Source of the DNA: an uncultured Oscillospiraceae bacterium
GTDB taxonomy: Bacteria; Bacillota; Clostridia; Oscillospirales; Ruminococcaceae
Assembly: GCA_964507095.1 (NCBI GenBank)
Contig: CAZDOS010000002.1
Location: 5,325 to 69,324 of the forward strand
Direction: 5' to 3'
DNA: 64,000 bases
Shown: piece by piece, positions 47,711 to 57,890 of the stretch
Position numbering within the stretch: position 1 is the stretch's first letter
Layout: each line of letters starts with the position of its first letter
The notes under the pieces: generated by a model
Told to the model about the DNA's origin: nothing
Databases searched by the model: none
Seen by the model: only the letters and a program-made list of their open reading frames with translations
Made by a program: the position numbers and the translations under genes

Positions 47711-47967
47711 AAAATTTTCTCCTTAAAAAAACTTTTATCTTTTAGGTGCGCCAGTCTGTCTTGCACACCCACTTATGTGATTATAATACAGTTTTCACTT
47801 CACAAACTCAACATATTTTTCAAATCGCTGTCTTTTTTTGGCGATTTAGTTATTTTTTTGTTAACAAATTATGAACTTTGACAACAGTTTTCCTATTGAC
47901 TGAAAAATGGTTCGGTTTTTTGCACAAAAACACCGCTTGCCTTTTGACACCCGTTGTTAATAAATTG

Positions 47968-49137
47968 TCATTTTTGGCTGTTTTCCAGGTCAAATAGCAG
48001 CTTTTCTATGCGGTCGAGCGCCTCTTTGAGGTCTTTCATGCTGACCGTGCAGGAGATCCTGAAGTGATGCTTGCCGCTCGGTCCGAAAGCTATACCCGGT
48101 ATGACCTTTATGTGGCATTTCTCCCTTAGGAGTGCCGTAAAGGCCGTTCCGTCCATCCCCGTCTTCTCTACTGAAGGGAATATATAGAATGTCCCGTTCA
48201 CCGGCAGAACCTCTATCATCGGCATCTTCGAAAGCCTTTCATATGCATAGTCGACTCTTTCCCTGAATGTATTTGATATCTCGTCCTCAAACTCGTTAAA
48301 GTGCCTGAAGGCATGGAGCATGGCTCTCTGGGATATCGAAGGTGAAGAATAGGTCGTGCCCTCAACTATCCGCTTCGCGGCCATTATGATGTCATCATCG
48401 GCAACGATATTGCCTATCCTCATTCCTGTCATCACAAAGTTCTTTGAACCGGAGTTTACCGTAACGGTCCTTTCAAACATACCTTCAAGACTGGCTATCG
48501 GAATGAACTTCTTTGTGTAGTCGAAGGAAGTGTATATATCATCAGCAAACACCACGAGATCATGTCTCTTTGCGAAGTCTGCCACCCGCTCAAGCGTTTC
48601 AAGCGTATACGCCGCTCCCGTTGGGTTGTTTGGGTTGTTGATGATCAACGCCTTCGTCCTGGGAGTGACCGCCTTTTCCAGTCTGTCTATGTTGATCTGG
48701 AAGCCTTCGGAGAACAGCGTACTGACCAGAACAGGAACTCCGCCTGCCATTTCGACCGCATCGGCATACGGCATGAAATACGGTTCTATGATAAGCACCT
48801 CGTCTCCTGGATCAAGACATGCCTGACAGGTGACATACATTCCGAACTGTCCCGAAGTCACTACACAGACATTGGAATCCCTGATATCCATGCCGTATCT
48901 TTCCTTATAGAACCTGCATATCTCCGCCCTCAATTCGGGATAGCCTCTTGTATCGGTGTACTTGGTATGTCCTGCATAGCCGTCTGCAAAAGCTGCATCC
49001 AGCACGACCTTCGGTGTTATGATATCCGGATCGCCTATGTTGAGATAAATGGTATCCTCAGGATCTGCGCTTCCGGACCGGAAGACATCGGGAGCCCAAT
49101 CTCTCTGATACTTCTTTGCGAGATATTTCTTGCTCAT
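47968..49137 (-). CDS. PLP-dependent aminotransferase, class I/II
   Basis: NNPNNPTG motif and the PLP-lysine region SGSKNFVMTGMRIG. Confidence 0.88.
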   Translation of the reverse strand: MSKKYLAKKYQRDWAPDVFRSGSADPEDTIYLNIGDPDIITPKVVLDAAFADGYAGHTKYTDTRGYPELRAEICRFYKERYGMDIRDSNVCVVTSGQFGMYVTCQACLDPGDEVLIIEPYFMPYADAVEMAGGVPVLVSTLFSEGFQINIDRLEKAVTPRTKALIINNPNNPTGAAYTLETLERVADFAKRHDLVVFADDIYTSFDYTKKFIPIASLEGMFERTVTVNSGSKNFVMTGMRIGNIVADDDIIMAAKRIVEGTTYSSPSISQRAMLHAFRHFNEFEDEISNTFRERVDYAYERLSKMPMIEVLPVNGTFYIFPSVEKTGMDGTAFTALLREKCHIKVIPGIAFGPSGKHHFRISCTVSMKDLKEALDRIEKLLFDLENSQK

Positions 49138-49195
49138 TTTAACTTACCGCCTTTATTTCCTTTTTATATATTATATATCATATATCATTCCAAAG

Positions 49196-49218
49196 CAAAA
49201 AGACGGTGCAATGCACCG
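49196..49218 (-). terminator. Terminator after the cyclophilin gene
   Basis: CGGTGCA / TGCACCG stem with a U-run on the minus strand. Confidence 0.6.
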
Positions 49219-49238
49219 CCCTTTATCATTATTTTGCC

Positions 49239-49949
49239 TTACTGATCTTCTTCGGTAAGCACGTATACTTCCACGCTCTCGATCGTTATGTCCTTGAGAG
49301 GCCTGTCATTCTCATCAGTCTTCGCTTCACTGATCTTATACAGCACGTCAAGACCTTCATAGACCTGGCCGAACACTGTATATCTGTAATCTAACGAGGG
49401 AACTCCTCCGGCCTGCTTATACGTGTCTATGACTTCTTCTCTCCAGCCGGCTGATTGCATGCTTGAAACATTGCTGTCGCTTATCTGTCCCACCGGCGTG
49501 ACTACAAAGAAGAACTGGCTGCCGTTGGTATCGCTGCCGTGGTTTGCCATCGACAGTGCTCCTGTGTAGTTATGAAGCAGGTCAGTAAATTCATCCGTGA
49601 ACGGAACTCCCCAGCAGCTTTGGCCTCCTCCGCTCGAACCGTCAGGTGAGCCGGACTGGACTACAAAATTCTCGATGACTCTGTGAAACGTGATCCCGTC
49701 GTAATAACCTGACGATGCCAACTGCTTGAAATTCTCTACCGCCTTTGGCGCCAGTTCCGGAAAAAGTATCACCTTTACGGTGCCTCTGCTGGTCTTGATG
49801 ACCGCGACAGTGTCGCCGGCTTCCGGTTTCTGAAACTGAACTTCGGCTGAAGTTACGTTTCCGAGATCTCCGCTCTTGCCGGAGGATTTTGAGCATGCCG
49901 TCAGCATTATGAGCGCAACGGCGAACCGGATCATTATCTTCTTAAACAT
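49239..49949 (-). CDS. Cyclophilin-type peptidyl-prolyl isomerase lipoprotein
   Basis: Lipobox LTAC, plus FHRVIENFVVQSG and GSQFFFV cyclophilin motifs. Confidence 0.9.
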   Translation of the reverse strand: MFKKIMIRFAVALIMLTACSKSSGKSGDLGNVTSAEVQFQKPEAGDTVAVIKTSRGTVKVILFPELAPKAVENFKQLASSGYYDGITFHRVIENFVVQSGSPDGSSGGGQSCWGVPFTDEFTDLLHNYTGALSMANHGSDTNGSQFFFVVTPVGQISDSNVSSMQSAGWREEVIDTYKQAGGVPSLDYRYTVFGQVYEGLDVLYKISEAKTDENDRPLKDITIESVEVYVLTEEDQ

Positions 49950-50035
49950 ATGCTGGTATTCCTGTTCCTATATTTATTATATACATATTAACATATCACA
50001 GCCGGATTGAGAATCGAAAAGAATTTTGCCGTTGC

Positions 50036-50059
50036 AAAAAGAGCCGGTCTTGCCGGCTC
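50036..50059 (-). terminator. Rho-independent terminator
   Basis: GAGCCGG / CCGGCTC stem with a U-run on the minus strand. Confidence 0.7.
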
Positions 50060-50074
50060 CTTGCTTTCTGCAGA

Positions 50075-50776
50075 TCATTTGCTGCACTTTTCGATGAAGA
50101 CCTTGAAGAGATCTCTGAATCTCTTTTCATCCTGCATTCTCTCCGGGTGGCACTGAAGGCAAAGGATAGAGCCGTCCTCGTTCTCCATCGCTTCCGGTAT
50201 ACCGTCCGGAGCCCTTCCGACGATCCTGAAACCTTCAGCCAGGTCCTTGACAGCCTGGTGGTGGGAAGTGTTTATCCTGATCTCCCCGTCTCCCAGTATC
50301 TCCGCGAGATGACTTCCCCGGTCAAGCTGCATCGTATGATAATTCTCTACGCCGCCGGGAAGCATTGAGTGAAATATCTCCTTGCCGTACTGGGAAGGAA
50401 TGTCCTGATAAAGCGTTCCTCCGAATATTACATTCATGATCTGCATTCCGCGGCAGATCGCGAGGATAGGCTTTCCCTGCCTGATGGTCTCTTTGATAAG
50501 CGCGATATCGTACTCGTCATCTGTCAGTACGCTGGTGCCGCATACAGGGAGTCTTTCTTCCCTGTAAAGCGTCGGCTCTACGTCTGCACCGCCCGGGACG
50601 ACCAGTCCGTCGAGCATCTCGACCACTTCCTTAACATTATCAGTGGTCTTGTAACAAGGCAGGTAGACTGCTCTTCCGCCGGCTGCGTCTATCGCATCGG
50701 CATATGTCGTTCTCTGGGAATACATTGCCCGGTTGAACACAATCGGGGCACTGACTCCAATGATAGGTTTTGCCAT
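50075..50776 (-). CDS. Class-I glutamine amidotransferase / peptidase C26 (PuuD-like gamma-glutamyl hydrolase), copy 1
   Basis: Nucleophile elbow ILAICRGMQ and C-terminal LQCHPE (His-Glu). Start is at MAKPIIG (50776). Confidence 0.85.
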   Translation of the reverse strand: MAKPIIGVSAPIVFNRAMYSQRTTYADAIDAAGGRAVYLPCYKTTDNVKEVVEMLDGLVVPGGADVEPTLYREERLPVCGTSVLTDDEYDIALIKETIRQGKPILAICRGMQIMNVIFGGTLYQDIPSQYGKEIFHSMLPGGVENYHTMQLDRGSHLAEILGDGEIRINTSHHQAVKDLAEGFRIVGRAPDGIPEAMENEDGSILCLQCHPERMQDEKRFRDLFKVFIEKCSK

Positions 50777-50839
50777 GATCTGTTTCTCCTTGTCTTTATT
50801 TAGCTTGATTATACTTTTTTGATGTTCCCAGTGCAACAT

Positions 50840-50862
50840 AAAAAGGCGGGCCGAAGCCCGCC
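50840..50862 (-). terminator. Rho-independent terminator between the two C26 paralogs
   Basis: GGCGGGC-CGAA-GCCCGCC with a U-run on the minus strand. Confidence 0.8.
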
Positions 50863-50868
50863 GGGGTT

Positions 50869-51570
50869 TTATTTTCTGCACTTGTCCACAAAGACCTTGA
50901 ACAGTTCTCTGAAGACTTCCCTGTCCTGCATCAGCTCAGGATGCCACTGTACGCCGAGGAACGAACCGTCTTCCTTCTCTATAGCCTCAACTACTCCGTC
51001 AGGGGCCGTTCCGACAAGGATAAGTCCGGGAGCGACGTCCTTGACTGCCTGATGGTGGGAAGTGTTGGTCTCAACGGTCGTACCGAAGATCTTTGACAGG
51101 TTGGTTCCCTCCTTGATCTTGACTTCATGGAAGTTCTGCTTTCCGTCCGCATCGAACATGGAGTGGTTGATCTCCTTGCCAATCTGGGAAGGGATGTCCT
51201 GCCACATGGTTCCTCCGAACCGGACATTGGATATCTGCATGCCTCTGCATATACCCAGTATCGGCTTGCCCTGTCTTGTTGCCTCTTTGACAAGTGCGAT
51301 ATCGTAGTTATCGTCTGTAAGAACGCTCTTTCCGCACTCAGGGATCCTCTCGTAACCGTAGAGGGAAGGCTCAACATCAGCTCCGCCCGGCATGATCAGT
51401 CCGTCTACCATGTCGACAATGGCCCGAACATCTTCTGTCGTGCTCATGCACGGAAGAAGTATCGGTCTTCCGCCTGCTGCGGCTACTGCCGCAGGATAAG
51501 TGACTCTCTGTGAGAACATCCTCTCGTCAAAAACGACAGGTGCGCTGATTCCTATTATCGGTTTTCTCAT
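50869..51570 (-). CDS. Class-I glutamine amidotransferase / peptidase C26 (PuuD-like), copy 2
   Basis: ILGICRGMQ and VQWHPE motifs. Colinear with copy 1. Confidence 0.85.
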   Translation of the reverse strand: MRKPIIGISAPVVFDERMFSQRVTYPAAVAAAGGRPILLPCMSTTEDVRAIVDMVDGLIMPGGADVEPSLYGYERIPECGKSVLTDDNYDIALVKEATRQGKPILGICRGMQISNVRFGGTMWQDIPSQIGKEINHSMFDADGKQNFHEVKIKEGTNLSKIFGTTVETNTSHHQAVKDVAPGLILVGTAPDGVVEAIEKEDGSFLGVQWHPELMQDREVFRELFKVFVDKCRK

Positions 51571-51735
51571 TTTAAAAACTCCTTGCGATTTGTTTGTTGC
51601 GTTAATTATATATCAAATACTTATTTTGCACAACCTGAAGCTCTCTGTTCGTCGGAAATCGGCAGTCGTGCCCTGTGTTGACGGGGTAAATGATTATGGT
51701 GTAAGATATACCCAGTCCAAAAAGGAGATCTGTAA

Positions 51736-52059
51736 ATGAGTAACGAAGATCTGTATTACGATGACATGCCCACCATACTCACTCTGACTGATGAAGACGA
51801 CGTCACCTATCAGTTTGAAGTGATCGACGAGCTCGAGCATAACGGCGAGCACTATACTGCATGTCTCGAATACTTTGACGATCCAAAAAAAGCTCTGGAA
51901 GCCGATCCTGTCCTGATAATCTTCAGAATGGGTGATCCGGATGAAGAAGGTCTCAACACCTTTGATGTCGTAGATGACGACGATGAATATCTGGAGATCG
52001 GTCGGATCTTCGAGAAGAGATTCGAAGAATCCTATTTCGATGATGACGAGCTGAACTGA
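51736..52059 (+). CDS. DUF1292-family small acidic protein
   Basis: LTDEDDVTYQFEVIDELEHNGEHY... with an acidic C-terminus, the typical DUF1292 pattern. Confidence 0.75.
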   Translation: MSNEDLYYDDMPTILTLTDEDDVTYQFEVIDELEHNGEHYTACLEYFDDPKKALEADPVLIIFRMGDPDEEGLNTFDVVDDDDEYLEIGRIFEKRFEESYFDDDELN

Positions 52060-52114
52060 TCATTGCTTATAGGCCTGCCGGGTGCGATAAAAATACTGCT
52101 ATTTTTAAATCCTC

Positions 52115-52320
52115 AAACTTTATTAATCGGAAGCTGTTCGTTTGTCCGGGGATTGTAGACCTCCCCTTACGGGACGAAGGGAACGCGAAACGGACTCCAC
52201 AGCGTATCCACCCTGGCTTTACAGACCGGGTTCTAATCTAGCAGGAACGGCCAGGCGGGTTTATATCTAAAAACAACGGCGGCCAATATTGGCCGCATTG
52301 ATAATATCCGATTATACAGA
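52115..52320. ncRNA. Candidate structured small RNA (possibly 6S-like); strand and identity unresolved
   Basis: 52118-52131 pairs with 52307-52319 and encloses a GC-rich ~175-nt core. The core contains local hairpins, e.g. ACCCUGGC...GCCAGGCGGGU at 52209-52260. No ORF is present. Confidence 0.25.
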
Positions 52321-52367
52321 TCGTTGATTTGTATATTTATATTCCATTTTATTGAACGGAGCGTAAT

Positions 52368-53072
52368 ATGTCCTGGGATGAAAGAAACAGGCTGGTCCTG
52401 GGTAACCGGACCTATGAGAAGATAACGGACCATCATGTACTGATAGTCGGAGTCGGAGGGGTCGGCGGCGCCGTCCTCGAGGCTCTGGCAAGATTCGGCA
52501 TGAAAAGGATCACGGTCATCGACTTTGATACCGTGGATGAGACCAACCTTAACAGACAGCTTATTTCCAACCGTTCAAACATAGGGGAGCTCAAGGTTGA
52601 TGTGGCGGCAGAAAGAGTTCGCTCCATCAATCCCGACTGTGAAATTAGAGGCTTCAATGTCTTTCTCAACGAGGAGAACCTGACCCTTGTAAGGGAACTC
52701 CAGCCTGATTATGTTATCGATGCCATCGACTCCGTCAGGTCAAAGCTGGACCTTATACGGTTCTGCAGGGAAAACGGCATTCCCATCGTTTCTTCCATGG
52801 GAACAGGCAACAGATTCTCTCCGGAGGGCTTTGTCATAGACAAGGTAGAAAACTCGGCCGGCAACGGCTGCGGCCTGTCAAGAGTCATGCGAAGAGAGCT
52901 TAGAAAGAGAGGCATAGAAGGCCATATCTCTCTTTTCAACAGGTTCCCGCCGGATTCTTCCCAGGTCCTAGACTCAACCGGAGGAAGGCACGCGCCGGGG
53001 AGCACCGTGTTTGCTCCCAATACCGCCGGTCTTCTGCTGGCAAGCTATGTGTGCAGGAAATTGGCTGAATAA
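52368..53072 (+). CDS. tcdA: tRNA threonylcarbamoyladenosine dehydratase (ThiF/E1-like)
   Basis: VLIVGVGGVGGAVLEALARFGMKRITVIDFDTVDETNLNRQ Rossmann/E1 motif. TcdA size. Confidence 0.85.
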   Translation: MSWDERNRLVLGNRTYEKITDHHVLIVGVGGVGGAVLEALARFGMKRITVIDFDTVDETNLNRQLISNRSNIGELKVDVAAERVRSINPDCEIRGFNVFLNEENLTLVRELQPDYVIDAIDSVRSKLDLIRFCRENGIPIVSSMGTGNRFSPEGFVIDKVENSAGNGCGLSRVMRRELRKRGIEGHISLFNRFPPDSSQVLDSTGGRHAPGSTVFAPNTAGLLLASYVCRKLAE

Positions 53073-53076
53073 TGAC

Positions 53077-53107
53077 AAAAGACGGTGCGCTGAGCACCGC
53101 CTTTTTT
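53077..53107. terminator. Bidirectional terminator between tcdA and eno
   Basis: CGGTGC-GCTGA-GCACCG hairpin flanked by an A-run and a T-run. Confidence 0.75.
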
Positions 53108-53116
53108 GTTTTATCT

Positions 53117-54496
<1,380 letters not shown>

Positions 54497-54517
54497 CTAT
54501 ATCCTTTAACAACATTT

Positions 54518-54548
54518 AAAAACTCACTCTCCCGCGTGGGAGAGTGAG
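54518..54548 (-). terminator. Rho-independent terminator after the TPM-domain gene
   Basis: 11-bp stem CTCACTCTCCC / GGGAGAGTGAG with a U-run on the minus strand. Confidence 0.85.
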
Positions 54549-54556
54549 CCTGTTAT

Positions 54557-55660
54557 TCAGTTTTTGAAGCTGCCGCCTCTGCTGCTTCCTCCGAATCCGC
54601 CTGAGCGTGATGATCCCGATGAGGAACTCGAGCGGGACGAGCTTGACGAACCGGATGAGTGACTCGAGTGGGACGCACTGCTTGACGAGTAGCTCGAGCG
54701 GGACGGGCTGCTTGAGGAGTAGCTCGAACGGGATGATCCGCTTGAGAAACTGCCGCCTCTGCTGCTTCCTCCGAATCCGCCCGAACGTGAAGATGTCGAA
54801 GAAGAAGTGCCTGTGTACGGAGTCCTGTATGTATACGATGATCCGGAACGGTTGTTCGTGCTCGTATATGTGTTCCTGCCGCCGTAATAAGGGACATAGT
54901 AGGTGGTATTCCTGTTGTTGTACCCCCTGTTGTAGCCGTATCCCCTGTTATATCCGGCGGTGTTCATCCCGGGGGGGACGACTGTCGTTGCGCGGCGTCT
55001 GCGTCTGCCGGATGAGATGATCAGGATTATGATGATCACTATGATCAGTATTGCAAGGAACAGCACAAGTCTCGAGATGTATGCAGATGTGTTGTCACGC
55101 TCTGTCCTTCTCTCGATATTGGAACGCTGAGTGACCTTGATGCCATAGTAATCCTCATACATTCCGATGAGGTAGTTGAACGCCTTTCTGGTGCCGGCGT
55201 CAAGATCTCTCCTTGAGAAATCTTCCTCCGTGTAGCTGGCAAGAAGAATATCTGTCAGATCGGAATCCGAGAAAGCATACATCAGGGAATCTCCCTGCAC
55301 TATGACCGCGTCAACGTCATTTACGGAAATAAGGAACACGCAGCTGTTGCCTGACAGGTTGGTGTCAAGCGCCAGATCGATGGCGACAGCCGAAAGGTCT
55401 CTTCCGTTTGCCGTGTCGATCGTTGCGACCTGTATCTCTCCTCCTATGAGAGAGTTCAGTCCGTTATTCATCTGCGTGATATATCTCTCAGTCGAGTCGG
55501 ACAGGATATTTGCATTATCCTGGACATAGGCTCCCGAAGGAAGCACCTCGATATCGCTCACCGTGCTCTGAGGCCCTTTGAGATAGCCTCTGATGCCGGT
55601 GAAGATTATGACGATAGCCAGGACGCACCATGCTGTACTGCGTTTTTTGAAAAATTCCAT
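54557..55660 (-). CDS. TPM-domain (YgcG-like) membrane protein with long Ser/Gly/Arg-rich C-terminal tail
   Basis: N-terminal TM, TPM-like domain (YVQDNANILS...), second TM, then ~150 aa of low complexity ending in a GGFGGSSRGGSF repeat. Confidence 0.8.
   Translation of the reverse strand: MEFFKKRSTAWCVLAIVIIFTGIRGYLKGPQSTVSDIEVLPSGAYVQDNANILSDSTERYITQMNNGLNSLIGGEIQVATIDTANGRDLSAVAIDLALDTNLSGNSCVFLISVNDVDAVIVQGDSLMYAFSDSDLTDILLASYTEEDFSRRDLDAGTRKAFNYLIGMYEDYYGIKVTQRSNIERRTERDNTSAYISRLVLFLAILIIVIIIILIISSGRRRRRATTVVPPGMNTAGYNRGYGYNRGYNNRNTTYYVPYYGGRNTYTSTNNRSGSSYTYRTPYTGTSSSTSSRSGGFGGSSRGGSFSSGSSRSSYSSSSPSRSSYSSSSASHSSHSSGSSSSSRSSSSSGSSRSGGFGGSSRGGSFKN
54570..54781 (-). repeat. 32-nt perfect direct repeat (54570-54601 and 54750-54781) plus 30-bp tandem units between, within the TPM tail
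   Basis: CTGCCGCCTCTGCTGCTTCCTCCGAATCCGCC occurs twice, exactly 180 bp apart. Confidence 0.9.
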
Positions 55661-55772
55661 TTCTTCTCCCAAATACCGTACCGTAAGAACAACTCAACGG
55701 TCTAGGCTCGTTAAAAGTATATTCATGCTCCGGCTCCGCAATGAACCGGAGCATGATGTATTCTGTAATCTA

Positions 55773-56975
55773 TCAGGCCCTGAGCTCCATGAGCTTTGTT
55801 CTGAGTTCGCCTTCGATCCTGCTCAGCTCTGCCTCAGCCTCTCTGCGCTTTGCAGTGCCCTCTGTCTGGATCTTCATGACTTCATCAAGTGTCTCAATGA
55901 GCTGCCTGTTGGTGTGCTGGAGAGTCTCGATGTCGATGATTGCTCTCTCTGCTTCCCTGGCTGTTTCGATAGTGCTTGTCTTGAGAATGTCTGCATTCTT
56001 CTTGAGCATAGAGTTTGTGATCTCAGTGACCTCCTGCTGAGCCTTTGTGGCCTGGCGTGAGTGCTCAAGACCGAGAGCAAGGACCATCTGGTTCTTCCAG
56101 AGAGGAATCGTGTTGACCAAGCTGGACTGGATCTTCTCGATCATCAGTGTGTCGTTGTTCTGGAGCAGTCTGATCTGAGGACCCATCTGGATCGAGACCT
56201 GTCTTGTCAGTTCAAGGTCGTGGATCTTCTTTTCGAAACGGTTTACGAGATTTACCGTGTCATTGTATGCCTGAGCATCCTCAGGTGAACCTGACTCCTC
56301 AGCCTTCTTGCGGATCTCCTCAAGCTCATTCCGCTTGAAGGAAGCGATCCTCTTCTTGCCGGCGAGGATGTACATCGTCAGTTCCTTGTAGTACTTCTCG
56401 TTGAGAGCATACATCTGATCGAGCATTGCAACGTCCTTCATCAGGGTGACCTGATGCTTCTGAAGTGCCTCTACGATCCTCTCAACGTTCTTTTCAGCTG
56501 TGGAATACTTCGTCTGAAGAGCCTGAAGCGTGTCTGCCGGCTTCTTGAAAAGGCCGAGAAGTCCGCCCTTCTTCTCTCCGTTGCTGTCAAAGCCCTTGAG
56601 CTCGTTGACAAGCTTGGAAAGATCCTCGCCCACTTCGCCGAGGTCCTTTGTCCTTACGTTGTTCAGTGCGCTCTCCGAGAAGTTTGCGATGTTCTTCTGA
56701 GCGGCTGCACCGTACTGAAGCACCATTGTCGAGTTGGTGATATCGATCTTCTTTGAGAAGTCATCGACGATCTTTCTCTCTGCTTCTGACAGCTGGCTCT
56801 CGTCAAGCTTGATAGCCTGAAGATCCCTGCGCGCCTGAATGGCTGCAAGATCCTCAGCCGCAACTGCCTGCTCCATCTCCCGGATGACCGGTTCGAGCTG
56901 AAGTTCAGCCATCGGGCTTGCTTCGTTTTCAGGGTCGAGTGTCAGTGTAGGTGTGAATTCCTTCTTCTCATCCAT
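55773..56975 (-). CDS. TelA-family toxic-anion-resistance protein
   Basis: Long coiled-coil protein with TelA-type regions (VLQYGAAAQKNIANFSE, LALGLEHSRQA). ATG 56975 follows AAGGAGAAAC. Confidence 0.85.
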   Translation of the reverse strand: MDEKKEFTPTLTLDPENEASPMAELQLEPVIREMEQAVAAEDLAAIQARRDLQAIKLDESQLSEAERKIVDDFSKKIDITNSTMVLQYGAAAQKNIANFSESALNNVRTKDLGEVGEDLSKLVNELKGFDSNGEKKGGLLGLFKKPADTLQALQTKYSTAEKNVERIVEALQKHQVTLMKDVAMLDQMYALNEKYYKELTMYILAGKKRIASFKRNELEEIRKKAEESGSPEDAQAYNDTVNLVNRFEKKIHDLELTRQVSIQMGPQIRLLQNNDTLMIEKIQSSLVNTIPLWKNQMVLALGLEHSRQATKAQQEVTEITNSMLKKNADILKTSTIETAREAERAIIDIETLQHTNRQLIETLDEVMKIQTEGTAKRREAEAELSRIEGELRTKLMELRA

Positions 56976-57071
56976 TTTTCGTTTCTCCTTATATACTATG
57001 TATAAAATACTTATCATTGCTCCGCTTGCGCAGAGTTAATTCCAAATTAAGACCGCTGTCACGGTTTCTTA

Positions 57072-57782
57072 TCACAGCGTGAGATGCAGCTGGTCGCCTT
57101 CACCGGAAAGTCCCTCGCTCTTCATCAGGTTCTCCATTACCGTTATGTCGGCTGATACGTCAAGCGCCTCGCCGGCAAAGAGGGTATCGAGCTGCTTGTG
57201 GAAGGCTTCGACCACAAGGTCCAGCGTATTCTCCACTTTCTGCATCGTGCCGGTGATGTTTTCTCCGCCGATGCCCTGGCTGGACAGCCTGTCATATGTC
57301 TGAAGAAGCTTGATCGTTGTCGGCAGATAGTAATTCTGGAACTGGCTTATCTGGCTGACTTCGTTTGGATGGGCGATCATGTAGTCATAGATCTTGGATG
57401 TCGTGTACTCCATGTCGTTTATCTGAGCCGATATCTTCTCATCCTCGATGGAAAGGTTCAGCTTTCTCATCTCGGTGACATACTCATCCCTCTGCTTGAC
57501 AAGAGCGTCCACAGCCGGATTGCCTGTAGACTTTGTCTTGACTTCCTTGACCTCCTTTGCAGGTGTCTTGGTAGCCTTCTGTGTCTGTACCGGTGTCTCT
57601 GTTTCGGTCTCAGTATTTCTGGAGACGCCCTTCACCACGTTATACAGAACTGTCGCCGCGATTATGAGCGGCAGATATTCAAAGATGCTGTACAGAGGGA
57701 GGAATAATCCCCATAAGAGCCACAGCAGTGCAACGCTATATATAGGTGCGACTCCCCCGCGATTCCTTTTGCCCAATTTCAT
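57072..57782 (-). CDS. XpaC-like protein (5-bromo-4-chloroindolyl phosphate hydrolysis family)
   Basis: Two N-terminal TM helices plus a C-terminal YYLPTTIKLLQTYDRL...LDLVVEAFHKQLD pattern. It is adjacent to telA, as xpaC is to yaaN in B. subtilis. Confidence 0.75.
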   Translation of the reverse strand: MKLGKRNRGGVAPIYSVALLWLLWGLFLPLYSIFEYLPLIIAATVLYNVVKGVSRNTETETETPVQTQKATKTPAKEVKEVKTKSTGNPAVDALVKQRDEYVTEMRKLNLSIEDEKISAQINDMEYTTSKIYDYMIAHPNEVSQISQFQNYYLPTTIKLLQTYDRLSSQGIGGENITGTMQKVENTLDLVVEAFHKQLDTLFAGEALDVSADITVMENLMKSEGLSGEGDQLHLTL

Positions 57783-57890
57783 TTCTCCTTTCGGTATCCC
57801 GTGGCTGCCATGGGGTACCGTTTTGTCCAAATTTGATTATATTGACCTTTTGTGAAAAAAGTATATTAACACAAATCTTTAATAATTCTC

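Noticed and set aside
52279-52297. Hairpin GCGGCCAATATTGGCCGC with a T-run on the minus strand, which looks like a terminator.
   Set aside because: No minus-strand gene lies upstream of it, because tcdA is on the plus strand. I kept it only as part of the unexplained structured region.
52100-52300. Attempts to call this region SRP RNA, tmRNA, RNase P RNA, a T-box or a known riboswitch (glycine, cobalamin, ZTP, c-di-GMP, guanidine-II).
   Set aside because: Only short chance similarities were found, e.g. CUAGCAGG, GGGUGGAUACGCUG and ACCCGCCUGG. The diagnostic cores are missing (GGAAGCAGC for SRP, GGUGGUACCGCG for T-box, and others), and no regulated gene lies downstream on the matching strand.
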